64,000 nt of DNA from a virus. Below the pieces are notes generated by a model. That model was given only the letters and a program-made list of their open reading frames with translations. It was not told the origin of the DNA and did no database searches. The position numbers and the translations under genes were made by a program. Below are positions 16,316 to 25,837 of the stretch, one piece after another (within the stretch, counting starts at the first letter, position 1; every line of letters begins with the position of its first letter). The stretch covers positions 1-64,000 of IMG/VR virus record IMGVR_UViG_3300043410_000542; one strand, given 5' to 3'.

Positions 16316-18077
16316 GGCAATCGTACAAATATCAAAGATTCAGCACAGAACTGGTGCAAACATCGACCTACCCCAACTAGACGAAGGGGAATTAGGTTTC
16401 TCTACTGACGAACAAAAATTGTTCATTGGTAATGATCCTATCCTTTATCCTGTGCCCGAAGGGGAAACAACTACTCAGTTAGAAATTCTAACTGAAGTTT
16501 CTAATCTAGACCACGCTAAGATTACAGGGTCAGCCAACACAGAACTACAAATTACTAGCCCTAAGATAGGTCAAGTGTTAGTTTTAGATGGAAGCAGTTC
16601 AACTTTAGTCGGCAATAAGTGGGTTAACTGGTCAGGTAACCTGCTTGGTAACGGCGCATTACATAGCAATAACAAATTACATTTAGGTGCCCCTGCTAAT
16701 ATTCAAATTACAGGAGGCATGAACGGTGGTGTGTTGTCTACTGACGGAGCCGGTAATCTATATTGGACTACTGTAGCAGGTGGTAGCGGAGACGGTTTAC
16801 CTGCTCAAAACAACAACGGTGGTAACTACTTAATCACTAACGGCACAGTCGCAACATGGGGTAATGTATTCACTGACATTCACTTTGCCCCTGCTGTTCG
16901 TTCTAACATCAGTATAACAGACAGCGGCGGCGATGGTGGATTGTCGTATAACAGCACATCCGGTGTAATCACATACACTGGTCCTAGCGCAAGCGAAGCA
17001 AGAGCACACTTTAGTGCAGGCACCGGTGTAACATATGATACTGCTAATGGTGAATTCAGTATCGCACAAGATGTATCGGCTACAGCATCACCTACATTTG
17101 ATAACTTAACATTGAGCAATGTAACTGTTAGTGGATTGTACCAAGTAGATGATCCTCAAGCAGAAGTTCCTACAGTACGAAACGGTATTGTTTACAACAA
17201 CAACTCAAACACTTTAGCTACTAATAACGAGTTCTACTACCAAAGTTCAGTGTTGCACGTAGGCAAAGTTGAAACATTAGAAACAATTACAACCGGTACT
17301 ACATTCAAGATAGCAAACATTGACAACTCAACCAAAGCGCCTAATGATCCAGGCTTCAAGGGGGAAATCTGCTGGGATGCAAACTATATCTATGTTTGTA
17401 CTGAGGGTGACGGATTTACAGCAACATGGGAAAAAGTTGAATTGGGTTCTACTGTGTCAAGTGGCGGCAGCGGCTTCAGTGGTAGTTATAACGACTTGAC
17501 TGACACACCGACACTATTCAGTGGTAGTTATAACGATTTGACTGACACACCGGTATTGTTTGATGGTGCTTATTCTAGTTTAACGGGTACACCGACGCTA
17601 TTCAGTGGTAGTTATAACGACTTGACTGACACACCAACATTATTCAGTGGTAGTTATCTAGACTTAAGTAATACACCAACTATTCCATCTAAGACTAGCG
17701 ATTTGTCTAATGATAGTGGATTTGTCACTGGTGCAGCCGGATCAAACACCCAAATTCAGTATAACATCGACGGTGCATTTAGCTCATCATCTAAGTTGAC
17801 ATTTGATCCAGATTACGGTGGCGGCGCATTAACTGCACCATATATCCATGCAAATGGTTTTGGTGGACTTGAAGTTACAAATAGTGCTAATATTTACGGT
17901 AACATGAATGTCAATGGAAATATTCAGGTAGGTGAGGCAGCAAACGTTCCTAATTTGAATTTAAAGTGGAATGGTGGCGCAAATACATTCAGAATATTTG
18001 CAAACATCGACGGGGTATTCTTAGAAGATACTAGTGACCATACCTTCTTCCGGTTCACATTAACCGCAGTGGTTTGA
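16314..18077 (+). CDS. tail fibre-like structural protein
   Basis: N-terminal LPQLDEGELGFSTD, GEICWDANYIYVC, SGSYNDLTDTP repeats, GSNTQIQYN. Confidence 0.8.
   Translation: MAIVQISKIQHRTGANIDLPQLDEGELGFSTDEQKLFIGNDPILYPVPEGETTTQLEILTEVSNLDHAKITGSANTELQITSPKIGQVLVLDGSSSTLVGNKWVNWSGNLLGNGALHSNNKLHLGAPANIQITGGMNGGVLSTDGAGNLYWTTVAGGSGDGLPAQNNNGGNYLITNGTVATWGNVFTDIHFAPAVRSNISITDSGGDGGLSYNSTSGVITYTGPSASEARAHFSAGTGVTYDTANGEFSIAQDVSATASPTFDNLTLSNVTVSGLYQVDDPQAEVPTVRNGIVYNNNSNTLATNNEFYYQSSVLHVGKVETLETITTGTTFKIANIDNSTKAPNDPGFKGEICWDANYIYVCTEGDGFTATWEKVELGSTVSSGGSGFSGSYNDLTDTPTLFSGSYNDLTDTPVLFDGAYSSLTGTPTLFSGSYNDLTDTPTLFSGSYLDLSNTPTIPSKTSDLSNDSGFVTGAAGSNTQIQYNIDGAFSSSSKLTFDPDYGGGALTAPYIHANGFGGLEVTNSANIYGNMNVNGNIQVGEAANVPNLNLKWNGGANTFRIFANIDGVFLEDTSDHTFFRFTLTAVV
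17475..17684 (+). repeat. 5 x 42-bp tandem coding repeat (FSGSYNDLTDTPTL)
   Basis: Units start at 17475, 17517, 17559 (diverged), 17601 and 17643. Confidence 0.9.
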
Positions 18078-18086
18078 TAAATACTA

Positions 18087-18140
18087 TGTTCGCTCTTAAT
18101 TGAGAGTTTATGCAGTAAGCCACTGCGTAGGCCTAGAACG
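18087..18140 (+). ncRNA. candidate structured 5' leader RNA (three-way junction)
   Basis: UGUUC/GAACG encloses stems GCUCUU/GAGAGU and UUAUGCAGU/ACUGCGUAG; directly follows late promoter 18076-18083. Confidence 0.5.
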
Positions 18141-18163
18141 CCAATCATTTAAAGGAAAACAAA

Positions 18164-19369
18164 ATGGCAAGAAGTTTAAACAAAAAATATTTCGGTAACC
18201 GTAACCTCGGTACGTCAGGTACATCTGATAACGCTATCGGCGGTGAAGGTGTAGCAGCAGTTACAATTACGGCTGAAGGTTCATATACATCAGCATTACC
18301 AACAGCAACATTCTCAACACCAGACTTACCGGGCGGTGTTCGTGCTACTGGTGTAGTTCATGGTCATGCATTGTCAGCCGTTGCAACAGCAGCTGGTTCT
18401 GGCTATAACTTGGGTGATGTATTAACGCCAGCAAGTACTGGTACATATACAGTAGGTTCTACTTTCACCGTTACTGGTTTAACAGTAACAGGTATCACAC
18501 TTAACAACGGTGGTACAGCTAATGACCCTAATGACGAATTCACATTTGCTATCGCTGGTTTCGCAACTCCATTGAGAGTTCGTGTCACAGCAGCATCAGG
18601 TGGCACTGCTACAGCAGTCACTATCGTTAACGGTGGTGTATGGACAGCAGGCGCATTGCCAACTAACACTATCGGTATGACTCGTACTCAAGTAGTTGCA
18701 GGTCAAGACATGAATGGTCAAGGTCTACAAGTTAACATCACCGGATGGGGTGTTGCTACAGTTGCAGTTGCTAACCAAGGTAACTACACTGCTATTACAG
18801 GCGGTGCAAAAGCTACTACTGTTTCTCCAGCAGGCGGCACAGGTTCTACATTGACTGTTACTTACGGTGTTAGTGGTGTTGAGCCAAGCGAAAAAGGTTC
18901 TGGTTATACATCAGCAGCAGACGCAGCAGTTACATTCAGCGCAGGCGCAGCAGCAGGTACAGCAGTATTGACTACTGATTCAGGTGTATTATCTCCAAGC
19001 AATAATGACCAAGGTCAAAACGCTAGCAATAACCAAGAAAACGCAATCGTTCCTTATGCTAAGACAACTTCAGGTGGTACAAGCAAGCCAGCAGACATTA
19101 TTCGTCAAGTTGGTGCACGCCGCTTCAAAGTTAAAACAGCAGACGGTACAGCTATTTGCGAACTAAAAGGTTCAGCAGTTTCAGCAGAAGGTGAAATGAC
19201 TATCACTGCTACTGACAGTGCAGGTGGTACATACTTTGTAACAAAGATTGGTGGTCGTAAGGCTACTGTAACTCGTGGTACAGGCACACAGTTCGCTACT
19301 GATTCAGCAGTTCAATGGACATTCGATGCTCCAACATTGAATACAACTGTTAAAATCAACAACGCTTAA
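18164..19369 (+). CDS. virion structural protein (G/T/A-rich)
   Basis: Late promoter, strong RBS, strongly biased codon usage, downstream terminator. Confidence 0.75.
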   Translation: MARSLNKKYFGNRNLGTSGTSDNAIGGEGVAAVTITAEGSYTSALPTATFSTPDLPGGVRATGVVHGHALSAVATAAGSGYNLGDVLTPASTGTYTVGSTFTVTGLTVTGITLNNGGTANDPNDEFTFAIAGFATPLRVRVTAASGGTATAVTIVNGGVWTAGALPTNTIGMTRTQVVAGQDMNGQGLQVNITGWGVATVAVANQGNYTAITGGAKATTVSPAGGTGSTLTVTYGVSGVEPSEKGSGYTSAADAAVTFSAGAAAGTAVLTTDSGVLSPSNNDQGQNASNNQENAIVPYAKTTSGGTSKPADIIRQVGARRFKVKTADGTAICELKGSAVSAEGEMTITATDSAGGTYFVTKIGGRKATVTRGTGTQFATDSAVQWTFDAPTLNTTVKINNA

Positions 19370-19385
19370 TATTTTTAAGCCCAAC

Positions 19386-19411
19386 AAAAAAGCCGCTATG
19401 CGGCTTTTTTT
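19386..19411. terminator. bidirectional terminator
   Basis: A6-GCCGC-TAT-GCGGC-T7 between convergent genes. Confidence 0.85.
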
Positions 19412-19812
19412 ATTAGTTGTTGTAGCTTGTCAATTACTACATCAAAGTTTACTGTGTTAAACAATCCCGGATGCATCGGCTTGGGGTAACTTTTAAATTC
19501 AACCCATGCGTAACCACAATGTTCATGGTTTAACGTTGGCATGAATTCTTCATTCAACATACAGAAGAATGTGTGATATGTAAATGAGTTATTTACAAAC
19601 TTCTGAATGGGTACTATTTTTGCTTCAGGTGGAAAGAAACCTACTTCTTCTAAACACTCACGTTCGATGCCTTCGAACAATGTTTCTCCGTCCTCGACTT
19701 TGCCACCGGGTATACCCCAGTTGCTACTGTTCTTGTCATTTCTTAGTAAGTAAAGGAATCTTTGTGTGTTACTTGCGTAGAAAAAGATTCCTGCCGATAC
19801 ATTCTCTTTCAT
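19396..19812 (-). CDS. NUDIX hydrolase
   Basis: Nudix box GGKVEDGETLFEGIERECLEEVG. Confidence 0.9.
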   Translation of the reverse strand: MKENVSAGIFFYASNTQRFLYLLRNDKNSSNWGIPGGKVEDGETLFEGIERECLEEVGFFPPEAKIVPIQKFVNNSFTYHTFFCMLNEEFMPTLNHEHCGYAWVEFKSYPKPMHPGLFNTVNFDVVIDKLQQLIKKAA

Positions 19813-19831
19813 ATACTATGATTTATCATAG

Positions 19832-21190
19832 TTAGATGACGATAGAATAATCTCCTGCTTCATAGAAGCCTTCGTATGACTTTACCCATACTCTATCAGC
19901 GTAACGATATTGAATACCGCTAGTTAAGTTTCTTACGTATTCAACTGAAGAAACCTCAGCACTATTGAATGCAACAGTCCAAGCACCGCCGTTGAATTCA
20001 ATGATATCGTTTGCACTAGCATTTAGATGACCCCATGCACCAGTCACATCAGATATGATATCTTCAACTAAGAGATAACGTTGTCCGTTTGATGATTCAG
20101 GTAGTCCTTGACCAGGACCTTTTGTGTGAGGATTGATAACACTGTCTACTGGATCTAGTGTATTCTGAGGTAGTGTGTCTGGATCAATAGTATATACTAA
20201 CAAGCGGTCATCGGTTGGATTGAAGTTGATAGTACCTACAATATCCGTATCCATGTAAGGATTTTGTAACCAAATCTGACTGACGCCCGGTTTGACGGTG
20301 CCGTATACGTTCAGTACACTAGACCAAAATACAGAAGTATCAGGGTTAGTCGGATCTTCGGGTGTATTATTACTCGGAGATAGAACTTCTGTAGCCGGTA
20401 AGATTTGTAGACTGTTGCCAATCAACAACAACTTATACCCGTATGGCGTAATCTTTTGTCTAGTACCTAACAACAAGTCATCATCTTGCATATCTGTGAT
20501 AGCATTGCCTTGGAAGATACTTGCGATAATCTTGTGAATGACACCGAGTTTTCTAACCTTAGCTGAACTACTGATCCAGATAGGCATGTAGAACTTCCAA
20601 CTCATAATGTCAACTGCATTGCCTGTACCGGTAGGGATACTGCGTGAACTAAATGTGATACCATCTTGATATACGACTGATAGTGATGTCCAATCAATGA
20701 AGTTGTCAGTGGATTGAATCTCCATAGCAGGGTTAAACAATACACCAATCTGTTCAATCAACTCTAGTTTTTGCTGATAGTTAGTAGTCCAGAAATCAAC
20801 CGTGATACTTAGTTTGTATGGAACAGGCATGATACGTTCAATCGTAAATGCTTGTCCTTGTGTTTGTTCATATGTTTGTGAATCAGAATTGTAAGTGCGT
20901 TGACGAACATTCAACTTGTCAACGAAGTACGGGTCTTGAGTTCTAGTCTGTTCGTAATCTAAACCTGTAATGTAATAAGTGATTAAAGGTGCGCTAGGTA
21001 AACTGCTAGGACTGTTATTAGCAATGACAGTCTGCGCCATGCGACTTGAATCACCGTACTGGACAGGAACTCTAACAAGAATATCATTACCTGCAGGATC
21101 TTTGCCTTTAGTAACTTGCCAATCACTAAAGATACGTGCGAATTGAATTAAGAACCTACGTATCTGGTTATCGTAAAAGTGTTGTGCCAT
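19832..21190 (-). CDS. tail sheath stabiliser/terminator (T4 gp15-like)
   Basis: FYDNQIRRFLIQF, VPVQYG, PVPYKLSI, LELIEQIGVLFNP. Confidence 0.8.
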   Translation of the reverse strand: MAQHFYDNQIRRFLIQFARIFSDWQVTKGKDPAGNDILVRVPVQYGDSSRMAQTVIANNSPSSLPSAPLITYYITGLDYEQTRTQDPYFVDKLNVRQRTYNSDSQTYEQTQGQAFTIERIMPVPYKLSITVDFWTTNYQQKLELIEQIGVLFNPAMEIQSTDNFIDWTSLSVVYQDGITFSSRSIPTGTGNAVDIMSWKFYMPIWISSSAKVRKLGVIHKIIASIFQGNAITDMQDDDLLLGTRQKITPYGYKLLLIGNSLQILPATEVLSPSNNTPEDPTNPDTSVFWSSVLNVYGTVKPGVSQIWLQNPYMDTDIVGTINFNPTDDRLLVYTIDPDTLPQNTLDPVDSVINPHTKGPGQGLPESSNGQRYLLVEDIISDVTGAWGHLNASANDIIEFNGGAWTVAFNSAEVSSVEYVRNLTSGIQYRYADRVWVKSYEGFYEAGDYSIVI

Positions 21191-21193
21191 TGT

Positions 21194-22849
21194 TTAGTCT
21201 GCTTGTATTTTGAAAATTTGTGACAATGCTTGTTTCTCTGGCATTGTTGTACCATCTGTGCGTACAGTAACGTTGCTGTTGTTGATGAAACTTGCTCTTA
21301 GTGACTTGTCATCCTCACCTAACGCTGTACCTGTACGTACATTCTCGCTAATCTTGACCCACAATGTACCACTCCAGCGGAATAGTTGTTGCGGTAAGTA
21401 ATCTGTTCTTAAGAAGTAATCACCTGATTTTGGATTACTTGGGAATGTTATTCCTGAACCCATCGGCAATCCGTTAGGTGCAGCAGCATCTCCTACCAAA
21501 TAACCACGTGTATAACCGAAGCCACGTGGAGTGAATCTAGCAACGAAGTGATATCTTGGATCAGTATCAGCACGATAGTCCATGATATCTTTGATGATAG
21601 TACCGTCAAATCCCGGTTGTGTTGGATCTTGATCGGCTTCTGAATACTCGTTATCAGTAGTACCGTATGGTCCAGTTACTTCACCCAATGGCTCTAACGT
21701 TAATGCAAGAGTTGGTGCAACTTGTCCTGAACCTGAATCTGTGGTAGTAGGTGCAATAGAACCCAACTTCAAACTGACCTTTACTAAGCTATTCAACTGA
21801 GTAAAGTCAGAGTCGGCAGTCATATCCCAAATAGACTTCATTTGTTCTGGTGATATACGAACTGCAGGAGCTTTGTTTTTATATCCAGGTGACTCCATCA
21901 TCGTAACTAAGCCAGATGGTAGTGTAGGAGAACCCTTTAAGTAAACAACGTTAACTGAGTTAACTGGTTTGTTGTTGTCATCTAATGGAGCAACGTATAA
22001 TTGAGTACGGTCATATCCTGATGCTGGTAGTAAACGTGCAGCCTCAGCAATCGCAGCATCATTGATTTCAATGTTCTTGTTGTAACGACCTAGAATGTCT
22101 GCTAAGTTGTCAGCAGTATCTAACTCCCAGTATGTGTCGTCAGGAGGAGGTGTGTCGATCGGCGTATCAATCTTAGCAATGTAAGTTTTATCACCGAACG
22201 TAATAGCGTACCCTTGAGGATACATTGTTGTGTTATTCCAGTCACCCAAATAGTTGTCTTTGTTAGTTGGTTGTGAAAGGATACTACTGAATTCTTGACT
22301 ATCAACTAGCGGCTCGCATTTGATACGCCACAAGTGAGGATACCATGTTTGACTAAAGCCTTCACTAGCAAAGTTACCATCTGTAACTTGATAATATCTA
22401 CGCAATGCGACAGGAATAGTTTCGTTCAATGGATGAAAGTCTGTCAAGTGCGGCAATTCTAGAACGTCACCGACCATCAACTTACGTCCTATAGTTTCAA
22501 TCATTTCGTTATAATGGATCGTGATGAAAATAATGTCGTTGTTTAAGAACAAACCAAACTGACTCAAATCGAAGTCTAGGTTTTGAACGTTATAGTGACC
22601 TCTGATTCTATAGATATCAGGTGCATACTTGCGGTCACGATTTTCGAGGAACAATAGATCCTGAATGTTAGTAGGGTCTAGTTGGTCATAAGCAGGTTGC
22701 GTAAGATCGGGTCCACTTGTACCGGGAACACCTAGATACTTGTGAACGTACAAATCTGTACCACCCACAGTGAATTGCTCTTTGATTAAGCGGTCAAAGA
22801 ACTTGTAATCATTGGATTTTTTGTCGCGGTAAAGTGATAATCTTGGCAT
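21194..22849 (-). CDS. neck protein (T4 gp14-like), extended
   Basis: DLLFLENRDRKY, DLSQFGL, GDVLELPHL, CEPLVDSQE; late promoter at 22857-22864 on - strand. Confidence 0.75.
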   Translation of the reverse strand: MPRLSLYRDKKSNDYKFFDRLIKEQFTVGGTDLYVHKYLGVPGTSGPDLTQPAYDQLDPTNIQDLLFLENRDRKYAPDIYRIRGHYNVQNLDFDLSQFGLFLNNDIIFITIHYNEMIETIGRKLMVGDVLELPHLTDFHPLNETIPVALRRYYQVTDGNFASEGFSQTWYPHLWRIKCEPLVDSQEFSSILSQPTNKDNYLGDWNNTTMYPQGYAITFGDKTYIAKIDTPIDTPPPDDTYWELDTADNLADILGRYNKNIEINDAAIAEAARLLPASGYDRTQLYVAPLDDNNKPVNSVNVVYLKGSPTLPSGLVTMMESPGYKNKAPAVRISPEQMKSIWDMTADSDFTQLNSLVKVSLKLGSIAPTTTDSGSGQVAPTLALTLEPLGEVTGPYGTTDNEYSEADQDPTQPGFDGTIIKDIMDYRADTDPRYHFVARFTPRGFGYTRGYLVGDAAAPNGLPMGSGITFPSNPKSGDYFLRTDYLPQQLFRWSGTLWVKISENVRTGTALGEDDKSLRASFINNSNVTVRTDGTTMPEKQALSQIFKIQAD

Positions 22850-22898
22850 AGTCTATTATTTATCGTACCCGTAAGTGAAAAGTACTACTTTTTAGGTG

Positions 22899-22927
22899 TT
22901 GACAAATAATGGAAACTCATATATAAT
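22899..22927 (+). promoter_or_regulatory. consensus sigma70 early promoter
   Basis: TTGACA-17nt-TATAAT; AGGAG RBS follows. Confidence 0.9.
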
Positions 22928-22952
22928 TACTGTATTGTTAATAGGAGAACGT

Positions 22953-24116
22953 ATGGCAACTCGCAAGCCCAAACAGACAGCAGACCATTTCATTAAAGCA
23001 TTGAATCCACGTGAAGCAGACACGAAGTATTTGGGTGACGAACCCTTCTTCCCATTGCAACCCGATTCTGACTTGCGAACTACTGCATTGACCCGAGGAT
23101 TCACTTGGTACAATCGTTTCTATGGCAAAAAAGATGCTAAAGACCTGTTGTGTCAGTATCTAGAACTTAACAATCGCACAGACGAAGCTAAAAAACTCCG
23201 CAAAGTTGATGAAAAAGAGTTTTTGATGACATTGTGCTGGCTTGCACGTATGACATTGCGTGGTCTTGAGTTGAATGAACACGAGGAAATGACACTTGAG
23301 AACGAAATTTCACGTTTGTTGCTGTGTGTCAATAAGCCTGAAGTTATTGAGAAGGAAGAAGACAAGCCGGTGAGCAATCGGCCTAACATTCAGGAGCTTA
23401 TGAAAGAAAAAGCACGTGATGCGGCTGGCGAACTTGAGGGTTCATTTGACGAATTCTACGCAGGTGAAAAAGTTACACAAAAGACAGTTGACATTGTTGC
23501 TAAGTTCAACGTCATGTCCCAACATATCCCATTGATTGTCGATATTTGGAAAAAGAAGCAAGCTGAGTTTGAAGAATTGTCCGAAACTGATGACAAAGAG
23601 TTGAAGGAAGCCTATGGTAACATGGGTAAAATTCAAATTCGCAACATTCTTAAGTTCATCGAAGGCGTGCTCGGTGACTTGAATTCATATATCTCAATTA
23701 AGAAAGCTAGCAAAGCTCCTCGTAAGCGTAAAGCTGTTCCAGTCGAGAAGATTGTGGCTAAACTCAAATACTTGAAAGAATTCAAAGATGCCGCAAACAA
23801 ATTGGACTTGGTCTCAGTCCACCCAACTAAGCTACACGGAGCTAGTGAAGCATGGGTATACGACACTGCCAAGCGGAAGCTCCATCATTATATTGCTGAC
23901 GAATATTCAAAGAGTTTCACAGTCAAAGGCAACACTATTCTTGGTTTCGATACTAATGCTTCCGAAATCAAAACTTTGCGAAAGCCAGGTGAACAAATTA
24001 AAGAAGTCATGGGTTCTAAGCCCGCGGCACGAAAGTACTTCAAAGAGATTAAAGCAGTTGCGGCAATTCCTAATGGTCGATTCAACGAGAACATGATTAT
24101 TCTAAAGGCATTCTAA
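22953..24116 (+). CDS. hypothetical early protein
   Basis: AGGAG RBS before MATRKPK. Confidence 0.8.
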   Translation: MATRKPKQTADHFIKALNPREADTKYLGDEPFFPLQPDSDLRTTALTRGFTWYNRFYGKKDAKDLLCQYLELNNRTDEAKKLRKVDEKEFLMTLCWLARMTLRGLELNEHEEMTLENEISRLLLCVNKPEVIEKEEDKPVSNRPNIQELMKEKARDAAGELEGSFDEFYAGEKVTQKTVDIVAKFNVMSQHIPLIVDIWKKKQAEFEELSETDDKELKEAYGNMGKIQIRNILKFIEGVLGDLNSYISIKKASKAPRKRKAVPVEKIVAKLKYLKEFKDAANKLDLVSVHPTKLHGASEAWVYDTAKRKLHHYIADEYSKSFTVKGNTILGFDTNASEIKTLRKPGEQIKEVMGSKPAARKYFKEIKAVAAIPNGRFNENMIILKAF

Positions 24117-24117
24117 T

Positions 24118-24435
24118 ATGAAGATGTACATTTGTATCAAAGAAGATATTCCAGTTGGTATCGCAATGAATAGTGCCGCACACGCAGGGTTGATGTGTCA
24201 CTTGCGGTTCGGTGAGGATGAAGGCGATGAAAACTATGCGACTTGGCTTGCTAAAAGTTTTAAGAAAGTAACCTGTGCGGTTACTCCAGCAGAGTTTGCT
24301 ATGCTTAAAGAAGTATCAAATTCATTCGTTGTAACCGAAAGCAGAATGAATGGGCAAGAAGTTGCTGTTGTACTTTGTCCGCGCCCTGAGACTGAGTATC
24401 CTGAATTTGTTTCACTCTTAAAACTTTGGAAATAA
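24118..24435 (+). CDS. peptidyl-tRNA hydrolase, Pth2 family
   Basis: KMYICIK..GIAMNSAAHA..W..SFKKVT..P..LKLW matches the Pth2 pattern. Confidence 0.75.
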   Translation: MKMYICIKEDIPVGIAMNSAAHAGLMCHLRFGEDEGDENYATWLAKSFKKVTCAVTPAEFAMLKEVSNSFVVTESRMNGQEVAVVLCPRPETEYPEFVSLLKLWK

Positions 24436-24436
24436 C

Positions 24437-24799
24437 ATGTGGCGAATTAAAATGTTTTTCAAGTTCACTCTTTGGCTTTTGAAGAAAGTTTTCAAAGTGC
24501 CCTTGATGTTGGTTGCTTACACTCACCTCTATCTTGACTACTGGAAGGATCAATGTAGACATGACTGGGGAATGGCAGCGTTGTTAATGGTATTGACAAC
24601 CGCAAGTTGTACAGTTTCCGGTCTATTGGGAGTTCTCATATTCGTACCTGAAGCCGACGTAACTAGGCACATGTTGGGTGAAGCAGTGATCCGCGGTTTC
24701 TTATTCGCAGTGGGAACATTTGTCGTTGTGATGTTGCTTGCCGCATACGAAGCCTTCCTTGAAGAATACGAACAATCATTTACTAAGTTGAAGGAATAA
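24437..24799 (+). CDS. hypothetical membrane protein
   Basis: Two to three hydrophobic segments. Confidence 0.7.
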   Translation: MWRIKMFFKFTLWLLKKVFKVPLMLVAYTHLYLDYWKDQCRHDWGMAALLMVLTTASCTVSGLLGVLIFVPEADVTRHMLGEAVIRGFLFAVGTFVVVMLLAAYEAFLEEYEQSFTKLKE

Positions 24800-24800
24800 T

Positions 24801-25043
24801 ATGAAAATTCTAGGAGTACGTTGGTTTGCAGGACGTAACTGCGTAGGTATCGTTCAATATATTGAAGACGAGGAGGTGTCCGTTTATCGTCAAACAGGTG
24901 ATGCTGATTACAAGTATTACATCGGTGTAGGTAACGGTCGTGACGAGAAAGAAGACATGCAAACCATCGCCGATTGGGGCAGTACCTTTGATAAGGCTGC
25001 AGGTGATGTATTGTTCAACGTCATTCCGGGAACACCTGTATAA
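24801..25043 (+). CDS. hypothetical protein
   Basis: AAGGA RBS. Confidence 0.7.
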   Translation: MKILGVRWFAGRNCVGIVQYIEDEEVSVYRQTGDADYKYYIGVGNGRDEKEDMQTIADWGSTFDKAAGDVLFNVIPGTPV

Positions 25044-25382
25044 ATGATTAACATTCAATTACTTGAAGCTGACGACATTGTAGAACCAGAAGATTGGTGT
25101 CGTCCCCTCTCCATTACATCAATGAGCGGTGGATACTCAGACTACTACAGTTTTCAAAGTCAGTACACTGGTGCCCCAGAGAACAATGTCAAATGGGTAA
25201 AAGTAAAGTACATTTTAGGTAAACCGTGGCATGGTTCTACTGTGAAAGCTATTGACAGCGGACTCGGAAAGTATGTAAAATATGAGTTCATTCGAGGTGA
25301 TATCCCTAGTCGTAGCAAACTTAGTTTGAGAGGATACAATGTCACTGACCACACAAAAGTATATAAGGAAGAAGATGAATAA
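25044..25382 (+). CDS. hypothetical protein
   Basis: Contiguous ORF in the operon. Confidence 0.65.
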   Translation: MINIQLLEADDIVEPEDWCRPLSITSMSGGYSDYYSFQSQYTGAPENNVKWVKVKYILGKPWHGSTVKAIDSGLGKYVKYEFIRGDIPSRSKLSLRGYNVTDHTKVYKEEDE

Positions 25383-25788
25383 CATAGATTTAAACAAATA
25401 CAAAAATTTCGTAGAGGCTGTAACAAGCCGCCCAAGCAATGACCTAACTGACTTTATCAATCGGGTAGACAACTTAGATGCTAACGAGTTGAATATCAAT
25501 GTCCCGTTGTTGATGACAGCATGTATGGGACTTGCCGCAGAAGCAGGTGAGTTCATCGAAGTGCCCAAGAAAATCATTTTTCAGGGTAAGCCACTTGACG
25601 CTGATAACATCTTCCACATGAAGCGTGAATTGGGTGATGTTATGTGGTACTGGATTAATGCTTGCAGAGCGTTGAATCTTGACCCTAACGAAGTCATTGA
25701 CGAAAACGTGCGTAAGTTAGAATCACGCTACCCCGGTGGTTCATTTGATGCACATTACAGTGAGAATCGTCAAGCCGGCGACCTCTGA
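25375..25788 (+). CDS. mazG: MazG-like nucleotide pyrophosphohydrolase
   Basis: GLAAEAGEFIE..KK..ELGDVMWY..NVRKLESRYP. Confidence 0.85.
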   Translation: MNNIDLNKYKNFVEAVTSRPSNDLTDFINRVDNLDANELNINVPLLMTACMGLAAEAGEFIEVPKKIIFQGKPLDADNIFHMKRELGDVMWYWINACRALNLDPNEVIDENVRKLESRYPGGSFDAHYSENRQAGDL

Positions 25789-25804
25789 TAAAGTCTAAAG
25801 CCCG

Positions 25805-25833
25805 AACTCCAGATAAATACACTATCTGGAGTT
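25805..25833 (+). promoter_or_regulatory. late promoter in an RBS-sequestering hairpin (may also act as terminator)
   Basis: AACTCCAGATA/TATCTGGAGTT perfect stem; GATAAATA at 25812-25819; GGAG in the 3' arm. Confidence 0.75.
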
Positions 25834-25837
25834 TTTT

